Part shown: one piece after another, positions 52,344-64,000 of the stretch
Layout of the letters: each line of letters opens with the position of its first letter
How positions within the stretch are numbered: position 1 is the first letter of the stretch
Assembly (NCBI GenBank): GCA_951406725.2
Contig: OX597820.1
Coordinates: 52,266,001-52,330,000 of the forward strand
Reading direction: 5' to 3'
Length of the DNA stretch: 64,000 nucleotides
From: Octopus vulgaris
Lineage: Eukaryota
Made by a program: the position numbers and the translations under genes
Notes under the pieces: generated by a model
What the model was told of the DNA's origin: nothing
What the model saw: only the letters and a program-made list of their open reading frames with translations
The model's database searches: none

Positions 52344-53773
52344 ATGTGTGTGTCTTTAGATTTTACAAACAGAATTGAAGAATAAGGGAAAACTTTTGAA
52401 GTAATATATTGTTTCACATTGATCCTTGTAGTGAAGTAAATATAAATACCGTATCGATAAATATATGAAATCAATTACCTAAAATATAATCTCTGAAACA
52501 GTTATAAAATTGTCTAGTGAGTGTTATCAGCTTATACCTGTGTGGAGGTGAACTGAATTAAATCTTCCATGCTGGATATTCTGTGCCTATCCAGTGCAAC
52601 ATGTCTGCTTCTTCAGCCTACAATAATCAAGTATCTCACAAATGAACAACAAACTAGAGTAAAATATAACTTGTTCAATATAATATGTTCAAGTAACATA
52701 TATCTTGCTAGCGAAATAGAAGGTAGGGAACATTGCCAGAGATCGCCCTAACAAAAAGTCAATTTCGGAACTATTATACCTTTTGACTTTTATTATTTCA
52801 GTCATTGGGCTATCGTAACAGTAGGGCAACTCTTTGAAGCATTTAATTGATCCAGTCACCTCACTGATATTTTAATTCAAATTTGGTACTTATTCTATCG
52901 GTCGTCTGGACTGAGCGACATTCATAACCATATAGCTATTCGTGCTCATTTGTTTTCCAATTGTAGTCATTGTTAGTTTAACAAATGCACATATGAAATG
53001 AAACGGAAGAGACAGTTCACACGAACATTGATTTTAGCCAGATTCAAATTCTGTTGAAATGGGAGTTTATTTCTATGTGACTTGCGATTAAATCACAGTG
53101 TCAGCAGGAAAATTAAAAGAAAAAATTCGTGAATACTTTAGATATAATAAAGGAGATTTAATTCCACATTAGATCTATTAATTTGTATTATATTAATACA
53201 CTTCACTAAAGCGCAATGCCTTAATTTTAATAATAAACTAGTAATTTTTTAATAATTTGAATCTCGAATTTTATGAAATATATTATCTGTTATATTTCAG
53301 GCATTCATTTAACATCCTGAAATTGCAAAATATTTTGCCGACAGATTGTAAATATAAACTGATTATTAAAATTTCTCTAAAGCACTTTACAATAAATTAT
53401 ATTTGTTTATATACGAAACGATTTATTATTTTCCTAAATTGTTGTCAGCTTTGAGTCCCTTGAGAAATTTATTCCATTGATAGATTTCACACTTATACAA
53501 ATATTTCGGTTTTCACTCCAAATTTCCTCACTTCATTATAAATTAATATGCATTGTTTAAAATAAGATTGTGTAGTTTATTGAAATTGCTTACACTTTCA
53601 TGCAAACAAGCGCACACAGACACACACATATATATATTGATATAGGGCATCATATATGTGTGTGCATATATGTATATATATTTATACACTTAAACACGCA
53701 CACACAAACACACACACAAAAACATACACACAAACACGCACACATACGCACACACACACACATACACACACAC

Positions 53774-53822
<49 letters not shown>

Positions 53823-54304
53823 AAGCGAGAGATGGAGAGAGATAATGGAAGACATATATACATACGGAGAGAGAGACACAGCGAGAGATAGTGAAATCTA
53901 GTAGCATTTCGTACAAATTATCCTGTTGTATTTAGTTTGTTGTTTACATTTACTCGCTGATTCAAATATTCCCCAGTTAGCTTTCTTTATCAACTTTGCG
54001 ACGTCGATTACATATGAACTAGCGATAGCCTACGTTTAATTCAATCCAGTATCCATTTGATGGCTGAAATCGCTTTTTGGACGCAATCCAGTTAACGTAT
54101 AAAATGTAGTAACAAATGTATCATTAATTTAGTCCAAATGAGAACTATCAAATGTGATACATTTTGTTTCTCCTCTAACGTATTGTATATGTTATATACA
54201 ATAGTCTTTAACCAAAATCGCAGATATGTCCCTTCTTATTCTTTCCATATATATTCTCCTTCACAGTTTAAGTTACGTTCTTTAAAATTTGCAAATGTTG
54301 ATTT

Positions 54305-54740
54305 CAAACTTTGGCAAAAGGGCAATCATTTAGGGCGAGGGATAATTCTACTGCATCGACCCCATTACCCATCTGGTGAATATTTTATCGATCACAAAAC
54401 GCTGAAGGGCAAAGTCAACCACGGAGGAATATGAACTCAATACTTAAGGACAGATTAAATATCGCTATGCATTTTGAAATCAGGACGTAAAGTCATACGA
54501 AATACCTATTTCTTTAATACCCACCAGGGGCTAAACACATGGGAGACAAACAAGGACAGACAGACGAATTAAGTCGAATATATCGACCCCAGTGCGTAAA
54601 TGGTGATTATTTAATCGACCCTGAAAGGATGAAAGACAAAGTCGACCTCGACGGAATTTGAACTCAGAACGTAACGGCAGACGAAATACCGCTAAGCATT
54701 TCGCCCAGCGTACTAACGTTCCTGCCAGCTTGCCATCTTA
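54305..54740 (-). mobile_element. SINE family B, two adjacent units
   Basis: GAAAGGATGAAAGACAAAGTCGACCTCG...GAAATACCGCTAAGCATTTCGCCC. Confidence 0.85.
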
Positions 54741-54929
54741 AAAGTGACAAATATTGGTTTAATGTGAATATTTAAACCGGTGATACTGTAAGTTTTAAAT
54801 AAGTATTTCTACACAATTATTGATGTTTTTTCAGACTACCCACAAATTCAAAACCATTTCTTGTATGAAATGTCAGAAAATGATACTAGTATTTTTCGCT
54901 ATGTATTCAGTCCCAATTGTACTTAGGTG

Positions 54930-55088
54930 TTTCAAATTCCGCCGAGGTCGACTTTGCTTTTCATCCTTTCGGAGTTGATTATATAAGTACTAGTTAAGCA
55001 CTGGGCTCGATGTAATTGACTTTATCCCTTTGTCTGTCCTTGTTTCTCCCCTCTATGTTTAGCCCCTTGTGGGCAATAAAGAAATAAA
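54930..55088 (+). mobile_element. SINE family B, 5'-truncated
   Basis: TTCAAATTCCGCCGAGGTCGACTTTGCTTTTCATCC...GGGCAATAAAGAAATAA. Confidence 0.85.
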
Positions 55089-56278
55089 TTGGTCTTAGGT
55101 GTGTAATATTTTTATCGATACGGGTTCGATAAACATTTCAGGCAATGAATTATGTGTTTAATCGTTTTATACGTCATTCTTATAAATTTGTCATATTGCA
55201 ATGAAGAGGGGAATAAAGCATTCTTTATTATAGAATCCACTGGAAAACCATGCACGAAATGCAGATTATCACAAAATGGTTGCTATTGTTCAGTAATTAA
55301 AACTATTTTAAAGAGCATCAAAATAGATATGACTATAAAATAAGATAATTATGCAATAACTCAATAGCACTTATTGTTTGCATTTATAATTAAAGATTTA
55401 TAATTTCCATTTAAATTTGCATTTCCCTTAGATGCACGCTTATTCTTAACTTCTATTCCAATTATGTTGGTGTCACTGGGAATACAAGGATTGCTATATG
55501 TTGAATTAATATAACTAACTTCATATATGTGTGCATATTTAACTTTTCAAGAAAATAACGTAAATGCTAGTATATGGTTGTTTTGCTAATGTCACTAACT
55601 TGAGTGTGTTTTACAGTTATTTTAGAAAAAAATGTCAAACATTTAAAAAAGAAAAACACTACTACAACTGAAACATGATACATTTTTATCTGTGAAAGAA
55701 AGAACGACACACAAAAGCTGAAGGTAATCGATATAAAACACTATCAGACAGAAGGTTGAATTGAATGATATCCTCTTTCATTCAGAGATATTGCATTCAA
55801 AAACAGATATTTCTAAAAGCATACATATAAAAAAAAGCTATATTATTATAAAAATAAATCATAAATTTAAATGTGATTTTTATTCATAATGAATAAAATA
55901 AATTTGTCCATTCTTGATCCTGCACTCGTTCTCCACTATTTCTGTTGCTGCTACTACGACAGTATTAGCTTTTCTCGACTAACTGTTATATTCACTGTTC
56001 ACTAAGAACTACTACACGATTCTAATGTGCATTCTCTTCTTATCGACCATACTATAACGCTTAGAGAAAAACTGCAAAACATCATTTACATTGCGCTTCC
56101 TCTGGAGACTTTTCAGTGCAGTGGACGCATGGCAATTCTCTAGGCATCAGGCACCCAAACTGCTTCTGCTCCTGAACCGGGACCACGTCAAAAAAAAAAA
56201 AAAAACGCGACAGAGACGCGTGTCGCACGAATGATGATCACGTATATTCACTGTGTGTCTACTTTGCCACCGTTGTTA

Positions 56279-56640
56279 TCATCGCCGTCGTCGTCTTCTC
56301 TCGTGAATCTTTCCATTTGTAACAGTCTCAGCGACTGCCAGCTCATGATCAGCCTCGGCCACTCGAAATAACTTGCAGTGCTTTCTGGCAGCAAAATACA
56401 CTATCAAACAATAGAATTTGTCTTTTCCACAGAAAGCAAAGAAGCAAAACAAAAATGTCCAATGCTTTTCCCAAAAGTATATAGTGATCAATCCACAGTC
56501 TGATATAATTCTCTCAGAAATAATCTTTCTCACAGCTAGTTTTTTTCTTCTGTATCACATTGGCAGCTTCTTCTCCTTATCTTTCCACCAGGAAAACTTG
56601 CTTCAACTTTAATGCAAGCACTTTATTCAAGCTCTTATTT
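56279..56640 (-). pseudogene. Possible decayed DUF4806/BEN-like accessory ORF (transposon-associated)
   Basis: PGG...LAVRKIISERIISD...GKDKFYCLIVYFAARKH...ELAVAETVTNGKIHERRRRRR*, a helical domain pattern; stops upstream. Confidence 0.3.
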
Positions 56641-56677
56641 CAGTGACAGATTTCCTCATTTCCTTAATTGCAAATTA

Positions 56678-58110
56678 CCGGGCGAAATGCTTAGCGGTAA
56701 TTCGTTTGCTATTACGTTCTGAGTTCAAATTCCGACGAGGTCGACTTTGCCTTTCATCCTTTCGGGGTCGATAAATTAAGTACCAGTTACGCACTGGGGT
56801 CGATGTAATCGAGTTAATCCGTTTGTCTGTCCTTGTTTGTCCTCTCTGTGTTTAGCCCCTTGTGGGTAGTAAAGAAATAGGTATTTCGTCTGTCATTACG
56901 TTCTGAGTTCAAAATCCGCCGAGGTAGACTTTGCCTTTCATTCTGTCGGGATCCATAAACTTAGTAACAAATGCGTACTGGAGTCGATCTAATCGAATGG
57001 CTTCTCTCCAAAACTATAGGGCCTTACGTCTAGAATAGAAAATATTATCGTATATTATTCAAGGTTGCTTGATGGTGGAATTGTTTCCGAACCAGACAAA
57101 ATACTTCGCGGCATCTCTTCCGCCTTGACTAGATTGACTTTGCATTTCATCTTTTCCAGGTCAGTAAATAAGTACCAGTTGAGTCCTGGGGTCGATGTAA
57201 TCGAGTAGCCAGAAGGTCTGAAAGCACAAAGTTTTAAACTTTGTACCTATAGCAGAAAGAATTATCTGATATTACTTTATTCACGAGAGTACCAATCATC
57301 CTGGTGTCAGATGGTGTGATGATGTTAACGACATCCGTGCATGTGGACACGATTCTCTTATCTCCCAGTTTGAGTGTGATACTACTTCAATGCCTCCAAA
57401 CTTAGAACAAAATTTCTATATATGGAAGTGATAGAAGTATCATTGGTGGAGTTAATGCAAAATTCTAAATGTTTCCGATATGTAAGCATTTAATTTTACC
57501 ATCAAATAGATGTCGCTATATCATACCGTAATAATAATTTTTTTTCTTACTTTGGTACTATAATAACAACTTTGAGGGGAGGAAGCAAGTTGTGATTATT
57601 TCAGCCCAATTACTAGACTTGTACCTTATTTTATCGACCCCATAAAGATGAAAGGCTAAGCTGGTTCAGCTGATTTTGAACTCAAACAGTAATGCGTCAG
57701 AAACAATTAGGCTTCGCTATTTATTCTGCCACTTCGCAGGCTTAATGGCTTCATAGTTTAGATCGACTTAAGATATTTTATTTTATCGACCCCGAAAGGT
57801 TAAAACGCAAAGTTGGACACGGTTGAATTTTGAGCTCAAGTTTTAAGAACTGAGCTGAATACCGCGATGCTCTGAAGAGTATGACAATCCACTGCCCTTA
57901 GTAATTCTTTTCTAGTCTAGGCACAAGGCCCGAAATCTTTGGGGGAAGGTGCCAGTCGATTAGATCGACCCCAATACGCATCTGGTCACTAATTTATCGA
58001 TAAAAGTCAAAGTAGACCACGGCGGAATTTGAACTCAGAATGTAAAGACAGGCGAAACTCCGCTAAGCATTCGCTCAGCGTGCTAACGTTTCTGCCAGCT
58101 CGCCGCCTTA
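56678..58110. mobile_element. Cluster of at least 6 SINE family B units (+ 56678-57260, - 57560-58110)
   Basis: Repeated GACTTTGCCTTTCATCC core on the plus strand and TTTATCGACCCC...GCAAAGT on the minus strand. Confidence 0.85.
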
Positions 58111-58720
58111 CTGCCATCTGTAATTGCTTCACTTATGGGTACATCTCTTGAAATACACGGAAGAGGTTAGTTGATAATATCGAAAGCAGTACTTCAATGC
58201 CATTTTTCTTTATGCCTCACGAAATAAGAAAGGCAAAGTTAGCCGGAAAGAAAAAGAGCAAGCTATTTTGTCCGAGGTTAATCATTCTATGAGCCAAGTA
58301 CCAAATTGTAATATCAAATATATGTACAGCAACACGTATTTTACAAGTAATTCATACTAGCCATAAAAGATATGGCTGGCAACAGCACCAAAGTAGTAGT
58401 AGTAGTAAAGTGTACTGTATTAGTATCAACGTCTAGACATACAAAGAGCTGATCAATGACAAGTCAGATTGGAAGCCAATGACGCAGATAAGGCGTTTCT
58501 GAAGTAGTGAAGAATTATGGCACTGAACTTCTTGCTATATATTTAAAAAATCCTGATTTGGAAGAAACTGGTAATGTGGTGTTTCAACAACAATAAACCA
58601 GGAGCGGAATTTGGATCAGTTCAGTTGTTATGAAGGGGTGTAGATTCTTGTTCCTTTCATTTTAGTTCGTCTGACAGAGGTAAGAAATACTAAGATATGC
58701 CCATGCACAAACACACACAT

Positions 58721-58756
<36 letters not shown>

Positions 58757-59814
58757 TCACACACACATACACACGAACATCTATTGTATTGAAATGAGGG
58801 TTATCATCTAGCTTTTGCTATTTTCGTCAGACTTTGTTGCACTTTCATTGAAACAGTAATATTTAAGCATCCACAGTCAATAATATGTGAAACCTTTATA
58901 GTTTCATCTTCTCATAAATTACTATTTTGTTTTTTGTTGTTCTTTTTTGCTTCATTATAGAAGGCGAAGTAATTATGATTAGTGCAGACAGAATTTGAAT
59001 GTTTGATCTTCTATGTCAGGCGAATACCTTTGCTTGAAAATTTTGTATGGTATATGTGAGCTTATTTTAGCAATACGCTGTTCCGAGTTTGGATTTCGGA
59101 AACTTACCTGTGAGAAATAACTGAATGAAACACATAGGAAGACATGTAAAAATATTAAAAGAACACGGACCTACAGACGATATTCAGGGTTATCTCTAAC
59201 CATCCTTTTCTTAGATGTTCTGTCAAGACATATACTTCTATCATTTTCATATTGTTTATGCTGACCATTATTTCACTATCTCCAATACTATTCTTTACCT
59301 GCAAAATATCGATAAATACAAGACATTATGCTGGGTTCATTTGATACTTCGACCTGTCTTACATTTGTCACACACGATTTAAACTTTATGCAATATCTTA
59401 TTTGTTATTACTCAGTAATATACAAAGAAGAATAAAGGATTTTAACTATTGGCGCCTTTCTAATACGTGCCAGAGTATGGTCAAAGATAACTGCCTGAAG
59501 CCAGGGAATAATCGTGTAAACTTCGGATTTGAACATATTGTAGCTTAGCAAAAATATATATCTGCATGCGTTTCATTATTTTTATTTTATTCTTTATTTT
59601 TTCCGCTATTTTTCATGGAGGAAAGCACGAGTTTGAATAATAAGTTAGGTCCAAACAAGATGGTCTTTCCTCAATCGCGTTAAATAACTTTTACATTAAG
59701 AATAGAAATGTAAATGCACATTAGGTATGTTTCCAGAAAGACACAGACACATAAATATGTGTGTGTGTGTGTGTGCGTGTATAAGTATTTGTATGAATTT
59801 ACATACATACGTAC

Positions 59815-59848
<34 letters not shown>

Positions 59849-59901
59849 CACACATGCATAATTTCATACATACATACATATATTCATGCATACGTACCTA
59901 C

Positions 59902-59952
<51 letters not shown>

Positions 59953-60002
59953 ATACATAGCAGAGTAAAATTAATTTATTATATAGAAGGAGCCTACAGG
60001 AC

Positions 60003-60048
<46 letters not shown>

Positions 60049-60165
60049 GATAGATAGGTAGATATTTCGATAGCCATATATTTCGAATCATGACTGCATA
60101 AATACATAATATATAGGAATTTACATATATATACATACAAACATATATATTTACATACATATGCG

Positions 60166-60196
<31 letters not shown>

Positions 60197-60975
60197 CCCT
60201 CTTTCTATATGTTTCGATATATACGTATGCATGTATTTATAGATATATATTTCTATGGCCGAACATATAGTTCTACAAATGTATTCATATATAAAAATAC
60301 ATATTTATAGTAACATTATTCGGCAACATTTATAAGAATTACGCTATTGTGTGACCATTCAGAAGATAACCTTATATACTATTATGTGAATTCTCATTTG
60401 TTCAGTGTTCTATGGAATTATTAGACGGAGTAAAGAATCAAGCAAACCTAATTTCGTACAATCACATTTGAAATCAGACAAAATTAATAAACACCACAAA
60501 TGAACTAACTGATTTCATTTATATTTCCAGTCTATATTTGGAATTATCTCTTATATTTCTATAGCTTCGCCATACGACTGTTTTCATTGGTCGTATGTAT
60601 GTGTATGCGTTTTGAGTATAAGTGTGTATTTCTGCATCATTGTTCTGCGCATATATGTATATAAATGCGTACATCTATTGTCTTTATATTTCATGTAATA
60701 TTAATGTTTACGTGTCCGTCTTTAAATGTGTATGCTTATGTGTATTCATATAAGGATACACCTACACGCGCATACAATTACACATAGACATATATAGTAA
60801 GTATATACTTATATGTGACTGTGTGTAAGTTACTATGCATATGATCTACACATAAAATCTCATGCATATATACATATTCAAACCTTTACATATATACTAT
60901 TAGATATATACTTATATACATGCATATACATATATATATGCATACATGTGCATATATATACACATGTAAGTAGAT

Positions 60976-61015
<40 letters not shown>

Positions 61016-61589
61016 CTGTGTGTCTCTGTGTATGTATGTATGTATGTGTGTGAATATGCATATATAGTATTTTATTCAAGCTTAAATTATTTCACAAGTG
61101 TTACCGGGTGTTTCACAAAAGCGATCATCACACTGTCGCGCCTGTGTGTATACTAACACAAAGACACCTACCGATCCATACACACATAAACACACACATA
61201 CACACACACACACTCACACTCATACTCACACATATACACACACATATCCATATGAATGTTTTTGAATGCGTGCGCATGGATATGTGGAAGTAAAAGTGCC
61301 CAACAATTACCGAGTATGCTATCAAAGAATGCATCGTTTCTTCATGCATAAATATGTAACGCATCTTTTATTGTATCCTTCGTACTTAAGATTACATATT
61401 CTCTCTTCCTCACCTATCAACGTGTATAACCTGACTTGATCGTTTACCAACACATACTCTTTCCCCAGTCTTTTTCCCCTTCCGCCTCTCTCTCTCTCGC
61501 TCTACCTCTCTCTCTTTCTCCTTCTTTCTTGTTCTCAATCACTGTTTTTCTCTCCCTCCGTATCAATCTTTCTTTCCCTTTCTTATTTC

Positions 61590-62380
61590 TTTATTACACA
61601 CAAGGGGCTAAACATAGAGGGACAAACAAGGACAGACAAAGGGATTAAATCGATTACATCGACCCCAGTGCGTGACTGGTACTTAATTTATCGACACTGA
61701 AAGGATGAAAGCCAAAGTCGACCTCGGCGGAATTTGAATTCAGAAAGTAACGCCAGACGAAATACTGCTAAGTATTTCGCCCGGCGATCAAACGTAACGG
61801 CAAACGAAATACCGCTAAGCATTTCGCCCGGCGTGCTAACGTTTCCGCCAACTCGCCGCCTTATATCTCCCTTTCTGTCTCCTACTTTTCTTATTTCTTT
61901 ATTGCACACAAGGGGCTGAACATAGAGGGGACAAACAAGGACGAAGAGATTAAGGCGATTACATCGACCCCAGTGCGTAAATGGTACTTAATTTATCGAC
62001 ACAGAAAGGATGAAAGCCAAAGTCGACCTCGGCAGAATTTGAATTCAGAAAGTAACGCCAGACGAAATACTGCTAAGTATTTCGCCCGGCGATCAAACGA
62101 TTCTGCCAGCTCGCTTCTTTTTTTTACCAAGAGAATGACGAAGAGCTTCTAAAGCTCCGAAATTCATCTATTTTCCTACTAAATGCGTAATGCCTGACAT
62201 TTTGGGAAAAGGTGCAAGCCAGTTACATCGACGCCAGTGTTTCACTGCTGCTTATTTGATCTAACCCCGAAAGGATGAAAGGCAAAGTCGACCTCGAGTT
62301 TGAATTCAGAACGTAGCGACGGCCGAAATACCACTAAGCATTTTACCCGTCATGCTTATGATTCTGCCAGCTTACCGCCT
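61590..62380 (-). mobile_element. Three tandem SINE family B copies
   Basis: Units at about 61590-61862, 61885-62115 and 62200-62380. Confidence 0.88.
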
Positions 62381-63127
62381 TTCTGCCTCCTACTTTGTGA
62401 TGCCAAGCACCGGGAACTTTCTAGCTCGTACGTCGACATTGAGCAAAAAACATTACATCAATTTTCGAAAGCTAATTTGGTAAAATTGTAGATATTGTCA
62501 CGTTAATGACATCAATATATTAGTGATAATTATTTCATTAGTCCTGGATGTAGAAAAAAGCCAGATTTGAGTGAAACAAGAGTTGATAAACAGAATTATT
62601 TGTAACAAATCAATTGATGTGGCTTCGATCTTAATGAATATTTTACTCTGAATTTAATACTGGTTCATTTTATAAACATTTCATCCTGTTAGATGTGAAA
62701 TCGATGACGGTTGCCTGCCTAATGGATGATAGCAATAGAGTGGGAAGTAAAACACTTCTAGATGACAAAACAATTGACAGGATTCTGACCATTACACCTG
62801 CAACGTGATTACTATCATTAAACTATGACTAGTTATTGTTCTTGTTGATGTCTTTCCAATGTGATGCTAGCTCTGATCTGTTAAATATATTATCAAAAAA
62901 TTCCATTCTCTGACTTTTTTTCCATTTTATTCATACATAATATATCTATGACTGCGTTATCCAAAGAATCCTATGGATTGTGATTTGTAGCATATTTAAC
63001 CATTACTTGTAACACTTAGAATCACCATTTGTCGGTTCTGCAAGCATATGTGGTTTATCACTGATATTGATCGTACATGGCTTCTGGAAAATGAATGTTT
63101 GCTGTTGATTCTGTCAAACGTGTCTCT

Positions 63128-63283
63128 GGCATGGCTGTGTGGTAAGTAACTTTCTTCTCAACCACTCGGTTCCGGGTTCAGCCCCACTGCGTGGCAACTT
63201 GGGCAAGTATTTTCTGCTTTAGCCTCGGGCCGACCAAAGCTTTGTGAGTGGATTTGGCAGACGGAAACTGAAAGAAGCCCATC

Positions 63284-63323
<40 letters not shown>

Positions 63324-63510
63324 ATATTTCTGTGTCTGCGATTGTCCCTCTACCATCACTTGACGATCGATGTTGGTGTGTTTAGGGGTTCGGCAAATAA
63401 ACCGATAGAACAAGTACTGGGCTTACGAAACCATAAAGTCCTGGGGTCGATTTGTTCGACTAAAGGCGGTGCTCCGACATGGCCGCAGTCAAATGACTGA
63501 AACATATAAA
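63128..63510 (+). mobile_element. SINE family A copy
   Basis: GGCATGGCTGTGTGGTAAG...GGTTCCGGGTTCAG...GGCCGCAGTCAAATGACTGAAAC. Confidence 0.9.
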
Positions 63511-63725
63511 ATAATAGAAGGCTAAAAGACTAACTGATTTAAGGTTATTGAGTGTATGCTTCTCATGTATGTTCTGACGCCGTGCTTTCTGAGTTTTTTT
63601 TGTGTGTTGTTTTCGTAATGAATTTCATGTTCACTACTAAAAATATTTCCTTGATATGCCTATTCCTTTGAACTCAAAACTCTGATGTTATCAATCACCA
63701 TATATGTTTATTTATTTACAACACT

Positions 63726-63856
63726 TCATCGCCATCGTCGTCGTCATCATCATCATCATCATCATCATCATCTTCATCATCATCATCATCATCATCGCCG
63801 TCGTCGTGGTCCTAATCACCATCATCTTAATCACCACCATCTACTACTACTACTAG
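63726..63856 (+). repeat. (CAT)n/(CGT)n/(TAC)n trinucleotide low-complexity tract
   Basis: Read directly from the sequence. Confidence 0.9.
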
Positions 63857-64000
63857 TGCTGCTGCTTCTACTGTTACTTACAACAACTACTGAAATTGCA
63901 AAAGTAGCAGTAATAATAAATGTAGGATGTGTAATGGCGGTAGTAGATGTAGCGCCAGTAGCACCAGTACAACTCTGTTGTTTCTATCGAGGTTTTTGTC

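Noticed and set aside
56190-56226. Bacterial rho-independent terminator
   Set aside because: The shape fits on the minus strand, but the context is eukaryotic repeat DNA with no bacterial gene.
56678-62380. CRISPR-like repeated units
   Set aside because: The repeats are 200-400 bp diverged SINEs, with no regular repeat-spacer period and no cas genes.

Overview
AT-rich, repeat-dominated eukaryotic (animal) DNA with no recognisable intact host gene, rRNA, true tRNA or CRISPR array. The tRNA-derived SINE families and the extreme microsatellite load are typical of octopod cephalopod (Octopus-like) genomes; this is an inference from recall, not a database result. Nearly all ORFs in the track are microsatellite artefacts. 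The protein-like signals are decayed transposons: Penelope-like elements (PLE; RT and GIY-YIG remnants at about 21.7-22.55, 25.55-27.7 and 44.5-46.1 kb), a HERO-like RLE retrotransposon (9.4-11.5 kb), an R4/Dong-like 3' end in a (TAA)n tract (6.1-6.3 kb), RTE and CR1/L2-like LINE fragments, a Gypsy pol remnant (28-29.5 kb) and three Tc1/mariner-type remnants. The most striking structure is a set of small non-coding fold-back elements sitting inside (TA)n tracts (768-1403, 1453-1680, 30344-30808, 30915-31178). Two of these carry intact-looking type I hammerhead ribozymes (1098-1157 and 30612-30682) with palindromic, dimer-type stem III, consistent with PLE pseudo-LTR or retrozyme-like units that insert head-to-head into TA microsatellites.
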